This document shows, one piece after another, positions 20,306-28,806 of a stretch of DNA of 64,000 bases. Each line of letters starts with the position of its first letter. The stretch's first letter is position 1. The stretch covers positions 2,126 to 66,125 of the forward strand of contig JAILDL010000128.1 of NCBI GenBank assembly GCA_024689465.1. Reading direction: 5' to 3'. Position numbers and translations under genes: made by a program. The notes below the pieces were generated by a model. The model was not told where the DNA came from. It did no database searches and saw only the letters and a list, made by a program, of their open reading frames with translations. This stretch comes from Lachnospiraceae bacterium. Its GTDB lineage: Bacteria > Bacillota > Clostridia > Lachnospirales > Lachnospiraceae.

Positions 20306-21226
20306 ATGGAAAATGAAACCGCAAAAAACGCTGTGGAAACAGCAGAAAAAGAGATCATGATCCGGGCGGAAGGTCTGGTCAAGATCTATAAGACCAAGGA
20401 AACGGAAGTCCTGGCCCTGCAGGGGCTGGATCTGGAAGTGGAAACGGGAGAGCTGACCGCCATGATCGGTAATTCCGGTTCCGGTAAATCCACGTTTCTC
20501 AATATGATCGGCGGCTTGGATCGCCCCAGTGCAGGAAAGCTGTGGGTTGACGGCAAGAACCTCTTCACCATGACGGAAAAGGAACTGGTCCGCTATAAGC
20601 GGGATACAGTCGGCTTTGTCTGGCAGAACAACGGCCGGAACATGCTGCCCTATCTTTCCGCGCTGGAAAATGTCATGATGCCCATGCATCTGTCCGGCGA
20701 AGGCAAGAAGAGAGTAAAGGCCATGGAACTGTTGGAAATGGTGGGAATGGGCCATAAAAAGAACTCCCGGATGAACATGCTCTCCGGCGGTGAACAGCAG
20801 AGAGTGGCCATTGCCATTGCCCTGGCCAATTCGCCCAAGCTCCTCCTTGCGGATGAGCCTACCGGTTCCGTAGATGTGGGAACCGCCAACTATATCTTTG
20901 AGGTGTTCTCCGAACTGAACAAGCAGGGACAGACCATCCTTATCGTTACCCATGATATGGCCCTGTCCAAGAAGGTAAAGCGTGTGGTTGCCATCCGGGA
21001 CGGCAAGATCAGTTCCGAGCGTATCTTAAAGGAACAGTATGCGGACCGGGTAAAGGAAGCCGACATCGACTGGAGAGAAGAAGATACCCAGATCGAGTAT
21101 GCGATCCTGGATAAGGCCCATCGGGTACAGATCCCCCAGGAACTCATGGGAGAACTGGGACTGACCGATAATAAGGTGAAGCTTTCCGTGGAAAACGGTG
21201 CTATCATTATCAGTAAGCCGGATTAA
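20306..21226 (+). CDS. ABC transporter ATP-binding protein with C-terminal AbrB/SpoVT/MazE-like swapped-hairpin domain
   Basis: Walker [10 protein letters not shown], signature [15 protein letters not shown], Walker [14 protein letters not shown]-loop VTHD. The C-terminal ~55 aa ([34 protein letters not shown]) matches the R-V-x-I-P-x-E-[LIVM]-x3-[LIVM]-G-[LIVM]...V-x-[LIVM]-x-[LIVM]-x3-x-I-I-[LIVM]-x-P pattern of AbrB-fold domains. Confidence 0.8.
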   Translation: MENETAKNAVETAEKEIMIRAEGLVKIYKTKETEVLALQGLDLEVETGELTAMIGNSGSGKSTFLNMIGGLDRPSAGKLWVDGKNLFTMTEKELVRYKRDTVGFVWQNNGRNMLPYLSALENVMMPMHLSGEGKKRVKAMELLEMVGMGHKKNSRMNMLSGGEQQRVAIAIALANSPKLLLADEPTGSVDVGTANYIFEVFSELNKQGQTILIVTHDMALSKKVKRVVAIRDGKISSERILKEQYADRVKEADIDWREEDTQIEYAILDKAHRVQIPQELMGELGLTDNKVKLSVENGAIIISKPD

Positions 21227-21274
21227 ACGGCTGCATTGGAAGGTGCCGGCAAAGGCCGGGCCGGAAGGAGACTT

Positions 21275-22228
21275 ATGTTGCCTGTCCGATTTCATTTACC
21301 GGGACTCCGGTATAATTATCCTTTGAATATGTTCTGGGTATCTCTTTTAAACACGCATCCCGAGTTTTTCCGGGAGGGGGTGGAGATCGGCTCCGTGTTC
21401 GGAACCTTTCCCTACGCCTTGTGGAACGGGGGACGCCTTTTAAAGGACGATCAATGTGATGCGGCCTTTGTAAAGAATGTGATCAAAAGCTGGAACGATA
21501 AGGGAATTCCCATCCGGTACACCTTTACCAATCCCCTTCTTACCGAGGAGGATTTAAAGGATCCCTTCTGCAACTTCTGCATGGAAGCTGCCGATAACGG
21601 CATGAATGAAGTCCTGACGGTTTCCCCCATCCTGGAAGCCTATCTGCGGGAGAAGTATCCAAACTTTAAGTTTGATTCCTCCACCTGCAAGGAGTTGCGA
21701 AACGTGGAGCAGCTGAATGCGGAAATGGCCCGGGATTACCGGTATGTGGTTCTGGATTACAACATGAACAATCACTGGGACCTCATTGAGCAGTTAGAAC
21801 CCAAAGAGAAGCTGGAAGTACTGGTTAATGCCGTCTGTGTACCGGATTGCCCCAGAAGAGGGGAGCACTACCGCCAGATCGCCAGAAACCAGCGGATCAT
21901 TCTGGAAAACCGCAGTCTTCCGGAAGGAAAAAAGAAACCCATAGAACCCTGGCACTGCGAATACGGGGATCATAACAATATCTACAAGATCCAAAAGTAT
22001 CCGACCTACGTATCACCGGAAGCCATCTGGAACGAATATGTCCCCAGAGGGATCCATAATTTCAAGATCGAAGGAAGAACCGCCTATCTGTTTTCCCTGA
22101 TCGATACCTATTGCCACTACATGTTAAAACCGGAATGCGCCGGAGAAGCAAGGCTTCTTCTCATCAAGAACCTGGAAACCGCCGGCATCTTTTCCATCGG
22201 AAGAGTCCGCCCGGCAAAGTGGCCTTAA
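21275..22228 (+). CDS. Cys-rich hypothetical protein
   Basis: ORF 21236-22228. The ATG at 21275 has a GGAAGGAGA RBS. Several Cys pairs (CNFC, CVPDC, HCEYGDH, CHYMLKPEC), but no radical-SAM CxxxCxxC motif and no U32 signature. Confidence 0.5.
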   Translation: MLPVRFHLPGLRYNYPLNMFWVSLLNTHPEFFREGVEIGSVFGTFPYALWNGGRLLKDDQCDAAFVKNVIKSWNDKGIPIRYTFTNPLLTEEDLKDPFCNFCMEAADNGMNEVLTVSPILEAYLREKYPNFKFDSSTCKELRNVEQLNAEMARDYRYVVLDYNMNNHWDLIEQLEPKEKLEVLVNAVCVPDCPRRGEHYRQIARNQRIILENRSLPEGKKKPIEPWHCEYGDHNNIYKIQKYPTYVSPEAIWNEYVPRGIHNFKIEGRTAYLFSLIDTYCHYMLKPECAGEARLLLIKNLETAGIFSIGRVRPAKWP

Positions 22229-22273
22229 GAAGCGGACCGGTTCTGTAAAAAGTTGAAAAACAACCCCCCGGGG

Positions 22274-22305
22274 AGCTTGTTAGCCCTATGTGCGATACCT
22301 ATAAT
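22274..22305 (+). promoter_or_regulatory. Putative sigmaA promoter of the cbiM(N)QO operon
   Basis: TTGTTA (22277-82), 17-nt spacer, TATAAT (22300-05). No B12-box or other riboswitch core was seen in the 150-nt leader. Confidence 0.35.
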
Positions 22306-22380
22306 GAATGATGGTCGCGGACAGATCGACTGAAATGGCCTGAAAGAGCCGCAGATCGCATTATGAGGAGGTATTTAGAT

Positions 22381-23400
22381 ATGCATATGGCGGATGCCCT
22401 TGTGGTTCCTGCAGTGGCAGGTACCATGTATGCCTGTTCTGCAACGGCAGCAGGCGTTTCTGTACACCAGATCCGAAAGGAGACAGATCCTAAGAAGATT
22501 CCCCTGATGGGAGTGATGGGTGCCTTTGTATTTGCGACCCAGATGATCAATTTCACCATTCCGGGAACCGGATCCAGCGGACATTTATGCGGAGGCCTTC
22601 TTTTATCCGCATTGCTGGGACCTTATGCCGGATTTTTGACCATGATCGGCGTACTGCTGGTACAATGTCTGTTCTTCGCGGACGGCGGACTGCTGGCACT
22701 TGGCTGCAATGTCTGGAATATGGCCTTTTACGGATGCTTTGTGGGGGCGCTGCTCATCTGGCGTCCCATTATGAAGAAGGGAGCTTCCAGAGGAAAGATC
22801 CTGCTTGCTTCTGTACTGGGCAGCGTACTGACCCTGCAGCTTGGCGCATTTTCTGTTTGTCTGGAGACATTGATCTCCGGTATCACTGAGCTTCCCTTTG
22901 GTGTATTTGTGGGAACCATGCAGCCGATCCACCTGGCCATCGGTTTTGTGGAAGGTTTGATCACTGCAGCGGTACTGATCTTTGTTTACGAAGCAAGACC
23001 GGAACTTTTGTGGGGCGTTGCAACAGAAGATAAAGAGAAATTTGAAAACAAGGGAAAGCTTTCCCTTAAGCGGGTACTGATCACCCTGGCGATCCTGGCC
23101 GTACTGATCGGCGGCGGATTATCCTATGCGGCAAGCGCATTCCCGGATGGTCTGGAATGGTCCATGGAGCAGGTGGCAGGTACCTCTGAGCTGGAAGCAG
23201 AAGGTAGTGCCTATGAGACGGCGGATGCGATCCAGACGACTACCGCTTTCCTGCCGGATTACGCCTTTAAAAATTCCGAGTCTGCCGCAGGTACGGCTAC
23301 ATCCGGTATCGTAGGCGGAGCGATGGTGGCTCTCGTATGCGTGGGAGTTGCATTCCTGCTGCGTGGCGTTCGAAAGGAAAACGAACCGATACATGAGTAA
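22381..23400 (+). CDS. cbiM: ECF transporter S component CbiM, with a fused CbiN-like C-terminal segment (Co/Ni uptake)
   Basis: MHMADALVVP... N-terminus typical of CbiM/NikM. 7 TM, then extra C-terminal TMs flanking a loop, like CbiN/NikL. The ATG at 22381 has a GAGGAGG RBS. Confidence 0.8.
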   Translation: MHMADALVVPAVAGTMYACSATAAGVSVHQIRKETDPKKIPLMGVMGAFVFATQMINFTIPGTGSSGHLCGGLLLSALLGPYAGFLTMIGVLLVQCLFFADGGLLALGCNVWNMAFYGCFVGALLIWRPIMKKGASRGKILLASVLGSVLTLQLGAFSVCLETLISGITELPFGVFVGTMQPIHLAIGFVEGLITAAVLIFVYEARPELLWGVATEDKEKFENKGKLSLKRVLITLAILAVLIGGGLSYAASAFPDGLEWSMEQVAGTSELEAEGSAYETADAIQTTTAFLPDYAFKNSESAAGTATSGIVGGAMVALVCVGVAFLLRGVRKENEPIHE

Positions 23401-24250
23401 GATTACCAATGCATTACAGGAAATCGAATCATTGGATGAACTGGCAAGAAGAGACCAGGGGGTGAATCGGATTCATCCTCTGGTCAAATTTTTCGTTACG
23501 ATCCTCTATCTGGTGGTAACCGTATCCTTCCACCGTTATAACGTGGCGGGGGTTTTATCCATGGCACTTTACCCCTTCCTGCTCTTTGAGATCACCGGTC
23601 TGTCCTTTGGACAGGCCTTAAAACGTTTACGGGTAGTGCTGCCCATTGTGTGCATCATGGGGATCTTCAATCCCTTTTTTGACCGGGAGGTCCTGTTTTA
23701 TCTGGGGGGAGCAGGCGTGGAAGCTGCTGCAGAGGCGATGGCCGGAGGATCGGGCATCGGGACCGGAATCCCCGTCACCGGAGGGGTGCTGTCCATGTTG
23801 ACTTTGATGATCAAGGGCGTCCTGACGGTCTTATCTTCCTACCTGCTCATTGCAACCACCACCATGGAAGACATCTGCTACGCCCTGCGACGGATTCACG
23901 TGCCCAGGATCATCGTGACGGAGATGCTGCTGATTTATCGCTACATGTTTGTCTTAAGCCGGGAAGCGGGCCGGATCTACCAGGCCTATATGCTCCGGGC
24001 ACCGGGACAGAAGGGCATCGCCTCCAAAGCCTGGGGACCGCTGGCGGGACAGCTCCTGCTGCGTAGCATGGACCGGGCGGAGCGCGTCTATGACAGCATG
24101 ACCCTCCGTGGCTTTACGGGAGAATATCCCGGTGGGGCAGCGAAACATTTCGGCTGGCCGGACCTGCTCTATCTTGTCTGCTTTGCCGCAGGGATCCTGA
24201 TCCTTCGTTTTGTACCCCTATTTGTCCTGCTGGGCAGTTTATTTGTTTGA
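23393..24250 (+). CDS. cbiQ: ECF transporter transmembrane T component CbiQ
   Basis: The ATG at 23393 overlaps the cbiM stop. CbiQ/EcfT-like TM pattern with the conserved R-rich coupling helices (ALRRIHVPR..; AYMLRAPGQ). Confidence 0.75.
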   Translation: MSKITNALQEIESLDELARRDQGVNRIHPLVKFFVTILYLVVTVSFHRYNVAGVLSMALYPFLLFEITGLSFGQALKRLRVVLPIVCIMGIFNPFFDREVLFYLGGAGVEAAAEAMAGGSGIGTGIPVTGGVLSMLTLMIKGVLTVLSSYLLIATTTMEDICYALRRIHVPRIIVTEMLLIYRYMFVLSREAGRIYQAYMLRAPGQKGIASKAWGPLAGQLLLRSMDRAERVYDSMTLRGFTGEYPGGAAKHFGWPDLLYLVCFAAGILILRFVPLFVLLGSLFV

Positions 24251-24360
24251 ATATTTTACAGCACCTCCGGGCGTACGAAATCTTTTCGATGCGGCGAAGA
24301 GAGCTGAACTCTCTCAGGAGATGAACTTCCTCGGAGTAAAACCACGAATAGGAGAATCCT

Positions 24361-25110
24361 ATGAGCCATATTCATATTGATGTAGAAGAACTGAGATTTA
24401 CATATGATCGGAACAGGGCCGGTATGAAGCAGGTTCTGGACGGGATCAGCTTCCATGCTCACGAGCAGGATGCAATCGGTCTCATCGGTGCCAACGGTGT
24501 GGGAAAGTCCACGCTGCTGAAGCTCATGGTAGGGTTGGAAACCGGTTTTACCGGATCCATCCGGGTGGAAGAGATCCCGGTGGAGAAGCAGACTATGGGA
24601 AAGGTGCGGGAGAAGATCGGCTATGTATTCCAGGATTCCGAATCCCAGCTGTTTATGCCCAATGTCTATGAGGATGTGGCCTTTGCTCCCAGAAACTACG
24701 GGCTTCCGGAAGAGGAAGTAAAAAGGAGAGTGGAAGATGCCCTGCGCATGACCGGGATCGAGAATCTTGCAGATAAGCCGATCTACAAGCTTTCCGGCGG
24801 GGAAAAGAAGCTGGCCTCCATTGCGACCATCCTGTCCATGCATCCGGACATCCTTCTCATGGATGAGCCTTCGGTGGCCCTGGACCCCCGCAACAGAAGA
24901 GGTCTGATCCGGATCCTGAACGGTTTTGATCATCTGAAGATCCTGGCTTCCCATGATCTGGACTTTATCTGGGATACCTGTAATCGGGTGATCCTGCTGG
25001 GAGAGGGCAAGATCGTGGCAGACGGCAGTCCGGATGTGATCCTGCGGGATAAAGAACTGCTGGAGCAATACGGCATGGAACTGCCTTTGTCGCTTACGCC
25101 CAGAGATTGA
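24361..25110 (+). CDS. cbiO: ECF transporter ATP-binding protein CbiO
   Basis: Walker A GANGVGKST, signature LSGGEKKLASIA, Walker B LLMDEPSVALD. Confidence 0.85.
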   Translation: MSHIHIDVEELRFTYDRNRAGMKQVLDGISFHAHEQDAIGLIGANGVGKSTLLKLMVGLETGFTGSIRVEEIPVEKQTMGKVREKIGYVFQDSESQLFMPNVYEDVAFAPRNYGLPEEEVKRRVEDALRMTGIENLADKPIYKLSGGEKKLASIATILSMHPDILLMDEPSVALDPRNRRGLIRILNGFDHLKILASHDLDFIWDTCNRVILLGEGKIVADGSPDVILRDKELLEQYGMELPLSLTPRD

Positions 25111-25146
25111 CCCCCTAACCCCGTCCCCGGGGGAGCACAGCAAAAG

Positions 25147-25185
25147 AAAAAAGCGCGCCTCCCGAAGGAAGCGCGCTTTCCTATT
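25147..25185. terminator. Bidirectional rho-independent terminator (cbiO on +, csp on -)
   Basis: AAAGCGCGC-CTCCCGAAGGA-GCGCGCTTT hairpin. T-run on the minus-strand side (ttttttcttttg); weaker on the plus side. Confidence 0.6.
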
Positions 25186-25304
25186 AATCCGTAATGATTC
25201 GTTCTCGCGAACTAAGTTGCATTTGTCTTAAATATATATATATTTCAGAAAAGGCACATACGTTACTGATTAAAAGGTTTGGTACTGATCAACGTAAGAA
25301 AGAA

Positions 25305-25505
25305 TTAAAGCTTTGTTACGTTAACAGCCTGGGGTCCTTTTTCGCCCTGGATTACGTCGAACTCTACGGAAGCGCCTTCTTCAAGAGACTTGAAGCCTTC
25401 CATGTTGAGACCGGTGTAGTGTACGAATACATCGTTGCCGCTCTCATCGGAGATGAAACCGTAACCCTTCTGGTTGTTGAACCACTTAACTGTACCTTTG
25501 TTCAT
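25305..25505 (-). CDS. csp: Cold-shock protein (CspA family)
   Basis: [18 protein letters not shown]...VFVHY: RNP1/RNP2 motifs. 66 aa. GGAGGAAG RBS. Confidence 0.9.
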   Translation of the reverse strand: MNKGTVKWFNNQKGYGFISDESGNDVFVHYTGLNMEGFKSLEEGASVEFDVIQGEKGPQAVNVTKL

Positions 25506-25679
25506 TATTAACTTCCTCCAAGAAATGAAAAAATATAAATTTGTTGCACTATTGCAACAAAGTAAGAATAGCACAGGAAAAATAAAAAGTAAAGAAAACC
25601 ATGGGCAAAAATCCGCTTTTTTTTCAGATATTTGCATGTTAGAATGGTGAATCGAAAGAAAAGAGAAGAGGAGATATTT

Positions 25680-26219
25680 ATGCAGAATCATAGTGAGAAA
25701 ATCGAAGGGGAGCAGAGAAGAGAACAGATCTTAAAACTCCTCGGGGAATCCGCAGAACCTCTTTCCGGTACGGAACTGGCAGGAAAGATGCATGTCAGCC
25801 GCCAGGTGATCGTGCAGGATATCGCTCTTTTGCGGGCAGGAAACAAGAACATCCTCTCCACCAACAAGGGCTATATCATCTTTGCCGCACCGGATGAGAA
25901 GAAGTCCATCCGAAGAACCTTCAAGGTAAGGCATACCCAGGAAGAGATCCGGGATGAGTTAAATACCATTGTGGACCTGGGCGGACGGGTGCTGGATGTG
26001 GTGGTGGAGCATGAGATCTACGGCCAGATCAATGTGGATCTGATCCTGAATTCCCGGGCGGATGTAAACGCCTTTGTGGCCAAGCTGGAGCAGACCCAGA
26101 ACAGACCGCTGAACGAGCTGACCCACGGCGTGCATTTTCATACAGTGGAAGCCGATCGGGAAGATATCCTGGATGCCATCGAGGCAGAGCTTTCTGTAAA
26201 GGGTTACTTGATGAAATAG
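25680..26219 (+). CDS. niaR: Niacin-responsive transcriptional repressor NiaR (YrxA family; HTH plus 3H domain)
   Basis: N-terminal HTH ([40 protein letters not shown]). C-terminal 3H domain with conserved His residues (HEIYGQ...[10 protein letters not shown]). GAGGAGA RBS. Confidence 0.75.
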   Translation: MQNHSEKIEGEQRREQILKLLGESAEPLSGTELAGKMHVSRQVIVQDIALLRAGNKNILSTNKGYIIFAAPDEKKSIRRTFKVRHTQEEIRDELNTIVDLGGRVLDVVVEHEIYGQINVDLILNSRADVNAFVAKLEQTQNRPLNELTHGVHFHTVEADREDILDAIEAELSVKGYLMK

Positions 26220-26240
26220 GGCAGGTGTGTTATTTTTACA

Positions 26241-26280
26241 TTTGACTGACAAGACAGGTGTTATAACAATTGTTATAACA
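26241..26280 (+). promoter_or_regulatory. Candidate promoter with overlapping operator: TTGACT-15-TATAAC plus tandem perfect palindromes TGTTATAACA-AT-TGTTATAACA, preceded by two ACAGGTGT motifs
   Basis: Seen directly. TGTTATAACA occurs at 26259-68 and 26271-80. CAGGTGT occurs at 26223-29 and 26255-61. The element lies immediately upstream of the transporter gene and downstream of niaR. Confidence 0.4.
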
Positions 26281-26363
26281 GGAGGCTGCGATCCTTCGGC
26301 AAACCGGTTGCAGTCATAATAGAACCGGAAATAACAGGTTTTCGGTAATTGAGGAGTGTAGTT

Positions 26364-27431
26364 ATGGAAAAAATCAAAAAAGTATTGCATGAGATCTTCA
26401 TCGACGGTCTCAGCGGAATGGCAGTGGGCCTATTTGCCACACTGATCATCGGAACGATTATGAAACAGATCGGTGTGCTGATCCCCGGTGTGATAGGGCA
26501 GTACATCGTGGTCATGGGAACTCTGGCATCCGCCATGACCGGTGCCGGCATCGGCCTGGGAACCGCCGAGAAATTAAAGGCAGCTCCCCTGGTCAAGGTT
26601 TCTGCCGTGACCGCAGGAATGGTAGGTGCATTTGCCTCCAAGCTCCTGGCAGGTACCGTCATCGGAGAAGGCGGCGTTACCTTTGCAGGCCCCGGAGAAC
26701 CTTTGGGCGCATTTATCGCAGCCATTGTAGGTATCTATCTGGGCAGACTGGTAGCCGGTAAGACCAAGATCGATATTCTGGTGACGCCCTTTGTCTGCAT
26801 TGTGGGCGGCTCTGCCGTAGGCCTGATCCTGGGACCTCCCATTTCTGCCTTTATGACAGCCCTCGGTGCGCTAATCAACTGGGGAACCGTTCAGGCACCC
26901 TTCCTGATGGGTATCGTGGTATCGGTCCTTATGGGCATCATCCTGACCCTTCCCATCAGTTCCGCAGCCCTCGGCATCATCCTGGGGCTTAACGGGATCG
27001 CTGCCGGTGCCGCCACCATCGGCTGCTGTGCCAACATGGTGGGCTTTGCGGTTGCAAGCTACCGGGACAACAAAGTAAACGGCCTTTTAGCCCAGGGCCT
27101 TGGAACCAGTATGCTGCAGATCGGTAATATTGTGAAAAAGCCCATTATCTGGCTGCCCGCTATCGTAGCCAGTGCGATCCTGGGACCGGTTTCCACCATG
27201 GTTCTTAAGATGACCAACAATGCCACCGGTTCCGGTATGGGTACCTCCGGTCTGGTGGGTCAGATCAATGCCTATCAGGATATGGTGGCAAACGGCGTAA
27301 GCCCTGCCGTTACCCTGATCGAGATCGCCCTGATGCACTTTATCCTGCCCGGTGTGATCGCGTTTATCGTAAGTGAAGTCATGCGCAGGAAAGGCCTGAT
27401 CAAAGAAGGCGACATGAAGCTTTCTGCCTGA
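26364..27431 (+). CDS. Polytopic Gly/Ala-rich membrane transporter (PTS-EIIC-like stand-alone family). Candidate NiaR-regulated vitamin transporter.
   Basis: ~10 TM helices, low-complexity G/A-rich helices. ATG at 26364 (MEKIKK) with a GAGGAG RBS. Located downstream of niaR and the palindromic operator. Confidence 0.55.
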   Translation: MEKIKKVLHEIFIDGLSGMAVGLFATLIIGTIMKQIGVLIPGVIGQYIVVMGTLASAMTGAGIGLGTAEKLKAAPLVKVSAVTAGMVGAFASKLLAGTVIGEGGVTFAGPGEPLGAFIAAIVGIYLGRLVAGKTKIDILVTPFVCIVGGSAVGLILGPPISAFMTALGALINWGTVQAPFLMGIVVSVLMGIILTLPISSAALGIILGLNGIAAGAATIGCCANMVGFAVASYRDNKVNGLLAQGLGTSMLQIGNIVKKPIIWLPAIVASAILGPVSTMVLKMTNNATGSGMGTSGLVGQINAYQDMVANGVSPAVTLIEIALMHFILPGVIAFIVSEVMRRKGLIKEGDMKLSA

Positions 27432-27519
27432 ATTACAGGCCGAAACTGCCACTGACTTTTCAATAGACAGAATATAGGCTATAATATACTCAATTTTGAA
27501 AAGCAAAGGGGTATTATTC

Positions 27520-28260
27520 GTGAGTGGAGAAAAGATCCATAAGCACAAAACCAGATATTCCTTTATGCTGGTTTCCAACGATCCGAAACGGCCGGTACGG
27601 CAGTGCAGGATCCATGGAATTTTGCTGGAGATACTGATGTTTCTCTTTGTGGCCCTGCTGTGCGGAGCCATCGGCATCCTGGTATATCATCAGACCTATG
27701 TGGATTCTGTAACGACCAAGCGAAAGGCAGCGGAAGAGAAGATCGAACAGCTGCAGGGACAGCTGGACGAAATGACCCTGGCCAATCAGGACTTAAACGA
27801 TCAGATCAAGATCCTCAGCGAAGCCATCAATGAAAACTCGGAACTGGAAGCGACGGAAAAGAAGGCCCATGAAGAGGCCAGTGTTCCGACACAGTTTCCT
27901 CTGACCGGCTCTGCAGGCATGCAGCAGCTGGAATTAAACGACGGTAAGGACCTGATGATCCTGCTGTCGGCGGACAGCGGTACCACCTGTATTGCAGCAG
28001 GGGATGGAACCGTTTACCAGATCTACGATCCGGAAGATGAGATCTACAAAGAATACGGACATTGCCTGGTCATTGATCACGGCAACGGTTATATTTCCGT
28101 ATATCGGAATAAAGGAACTCCTGCGGTAAAAGAGGGAGATACGGTAACACGAGGCATGACATTGTTTATGATCGGGGATGACAACAAGTCGCTTGGCTTC
28201 CAGATCATTTATAATGGCGAATATATCGATCCGCTTTCAGTTGTATTGATCGATGGCTAA
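27520..28260 (+). CDS. M23 family metallopeptidase (LytM domain) with N-terminal TM and coiled coil
   Basis: HCLVIDHGNGYISVY...GDTVTRG...IGDDNKSLGFQIIYNG: M23 HxxxD...H motifs. GTG start with an AAGGGG RBS (the TTG at 27496 is an alternative). Confidence 0.7.
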   Translation: MSGEKIHKHKTRYSFMLVSNDPKRPVRQCRIHGILLEILMFLFVALLCGAIGILVYHQTYVDSVTTKRKAAEEKIEQLQGQLDEMTLANQDLNDQIKILSEAINENSELEATEKKAHEEASVPTQFPLTGSAGMQQLELNDGKDLMILLSADSGTTCIAAGDGTVYQIYDPEDEIYKEYGHCLVIDHGNGYISVYRNKGTPAVKEGDTVTRGMTLFMIGDDNKSLGFQIIYNGEYIDPLSVVLIDG

Positions 28261-28274
28261 CACATGGAGGAAAC

Positions 28275-28676
28275 ATGAGAAAAAAACCGAATTTTGACAA
28301 GTATAACAGTTTGCTGGGTGTAGATGCCCTGGTAGAAGGCAACCTGACCGTTAAGGATTCTGCCCGTCTGGACGGAACCGTTCGCGGAAACGTAACGGCA
28401 CAGGGAGCGCTGATCCTGGGACCCAAGGCTCTGGTGGAAGGAAACATTACCGCTACGGACGTAGAAGTAGGGGGATCCATCAACGGAAACATCACCGCAT
28501 CCGGCCGTGTATTTTTAACTTCTACCGCCCGCTTAAACGGCGATATCTCCTGCAAGGGCATCGTCATTGACGAGAACGCTGTTTTCCAGGGCAAGTGCGA
28601 TATGGAAAATGCAGGCAAGAACCAGAGTGCACCCGAAGCTGCCAAAACAGAGGAAAACGCACAGCCCCAGGCCTGA
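28275..28676 (+). CDS. Bactofilin (CcmA/DUF583) cytoskeletal protein
   Basis: Repetitive beta-helix pattern: VEGNLTVKDSARLDGTVRGNVTAQGALILGPKALVEGNITATDVEVGGSINGNITA. Confidence 0.8.
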   Translation: MRKKPNFDKYNSLLGVDALVEGNLTVKDSARLDGTVRGNVTAQGALILGPKALVEGNITATDVEVGGSINGNITASGRVFLTSTARLNGDISCKGIVIDENAVFQGKCDMENAGKNQSAPEAAKTEENAQPQA

Positions 28677-28726
28677 GGATCGATCAGGACAGGGAGCAAA
28701 AACGGTTTTCACCGAAATATGGTAAC

Positions 28727-28762
28727 AACAAGAAAACTGCCGGAGAGATGGCTCTTCGGCAG
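28727..28762. terminator. Rho-independent terminator (after the bactofilin gene; also faces the convergent minus-strand gene)
   Basis: CTGCCGGAGAG-ATGG-CTCTTCGGCAG followed by TTATTTTTTG. Confidence 0.6.
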
Positions 28763-28806
28763 TTATTTTTTGTGAATATACTATGCAGTTGTAAAAGAGT
28801 ATGCCA

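Noticed and set aside
22229-22380. Possible cobalamin or NiCo riboswitch in the cbiM leader
   Set aside because: No B12 box (GCCACTG) and no conserved NiCo core were seen. An Rfam scan would be needed to be sure.
24256-25143. 295-aa ORF on the minus strand
   Set aside because: It is entirely antisense to the well-supported cbiO gene (Walker/signature motifs on the plus strand). It has no RBS or homology signal and is treated as a shadow ORF. The same reasoning applies to the other long minus-strand ORFs at 299-1087, 3497-4099, 5883-6431, 8180-8986, 11912-12892, 16407-16895, 20258-20953, 38748-39650, 43843-44628, 44650-45241, 55831-57075, 59301-60020, 60850-61317 and 62152-63480.
25506-25691. 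N-terminal extension of the cold-shock ORF (128-aa version)
   Set aside because: The conserved CSP domain is 66 aa, starting at [10 protein letters not shown] with a GGAGGAAG RBS. The extension is untranslated leader, as is typical for csp genes.
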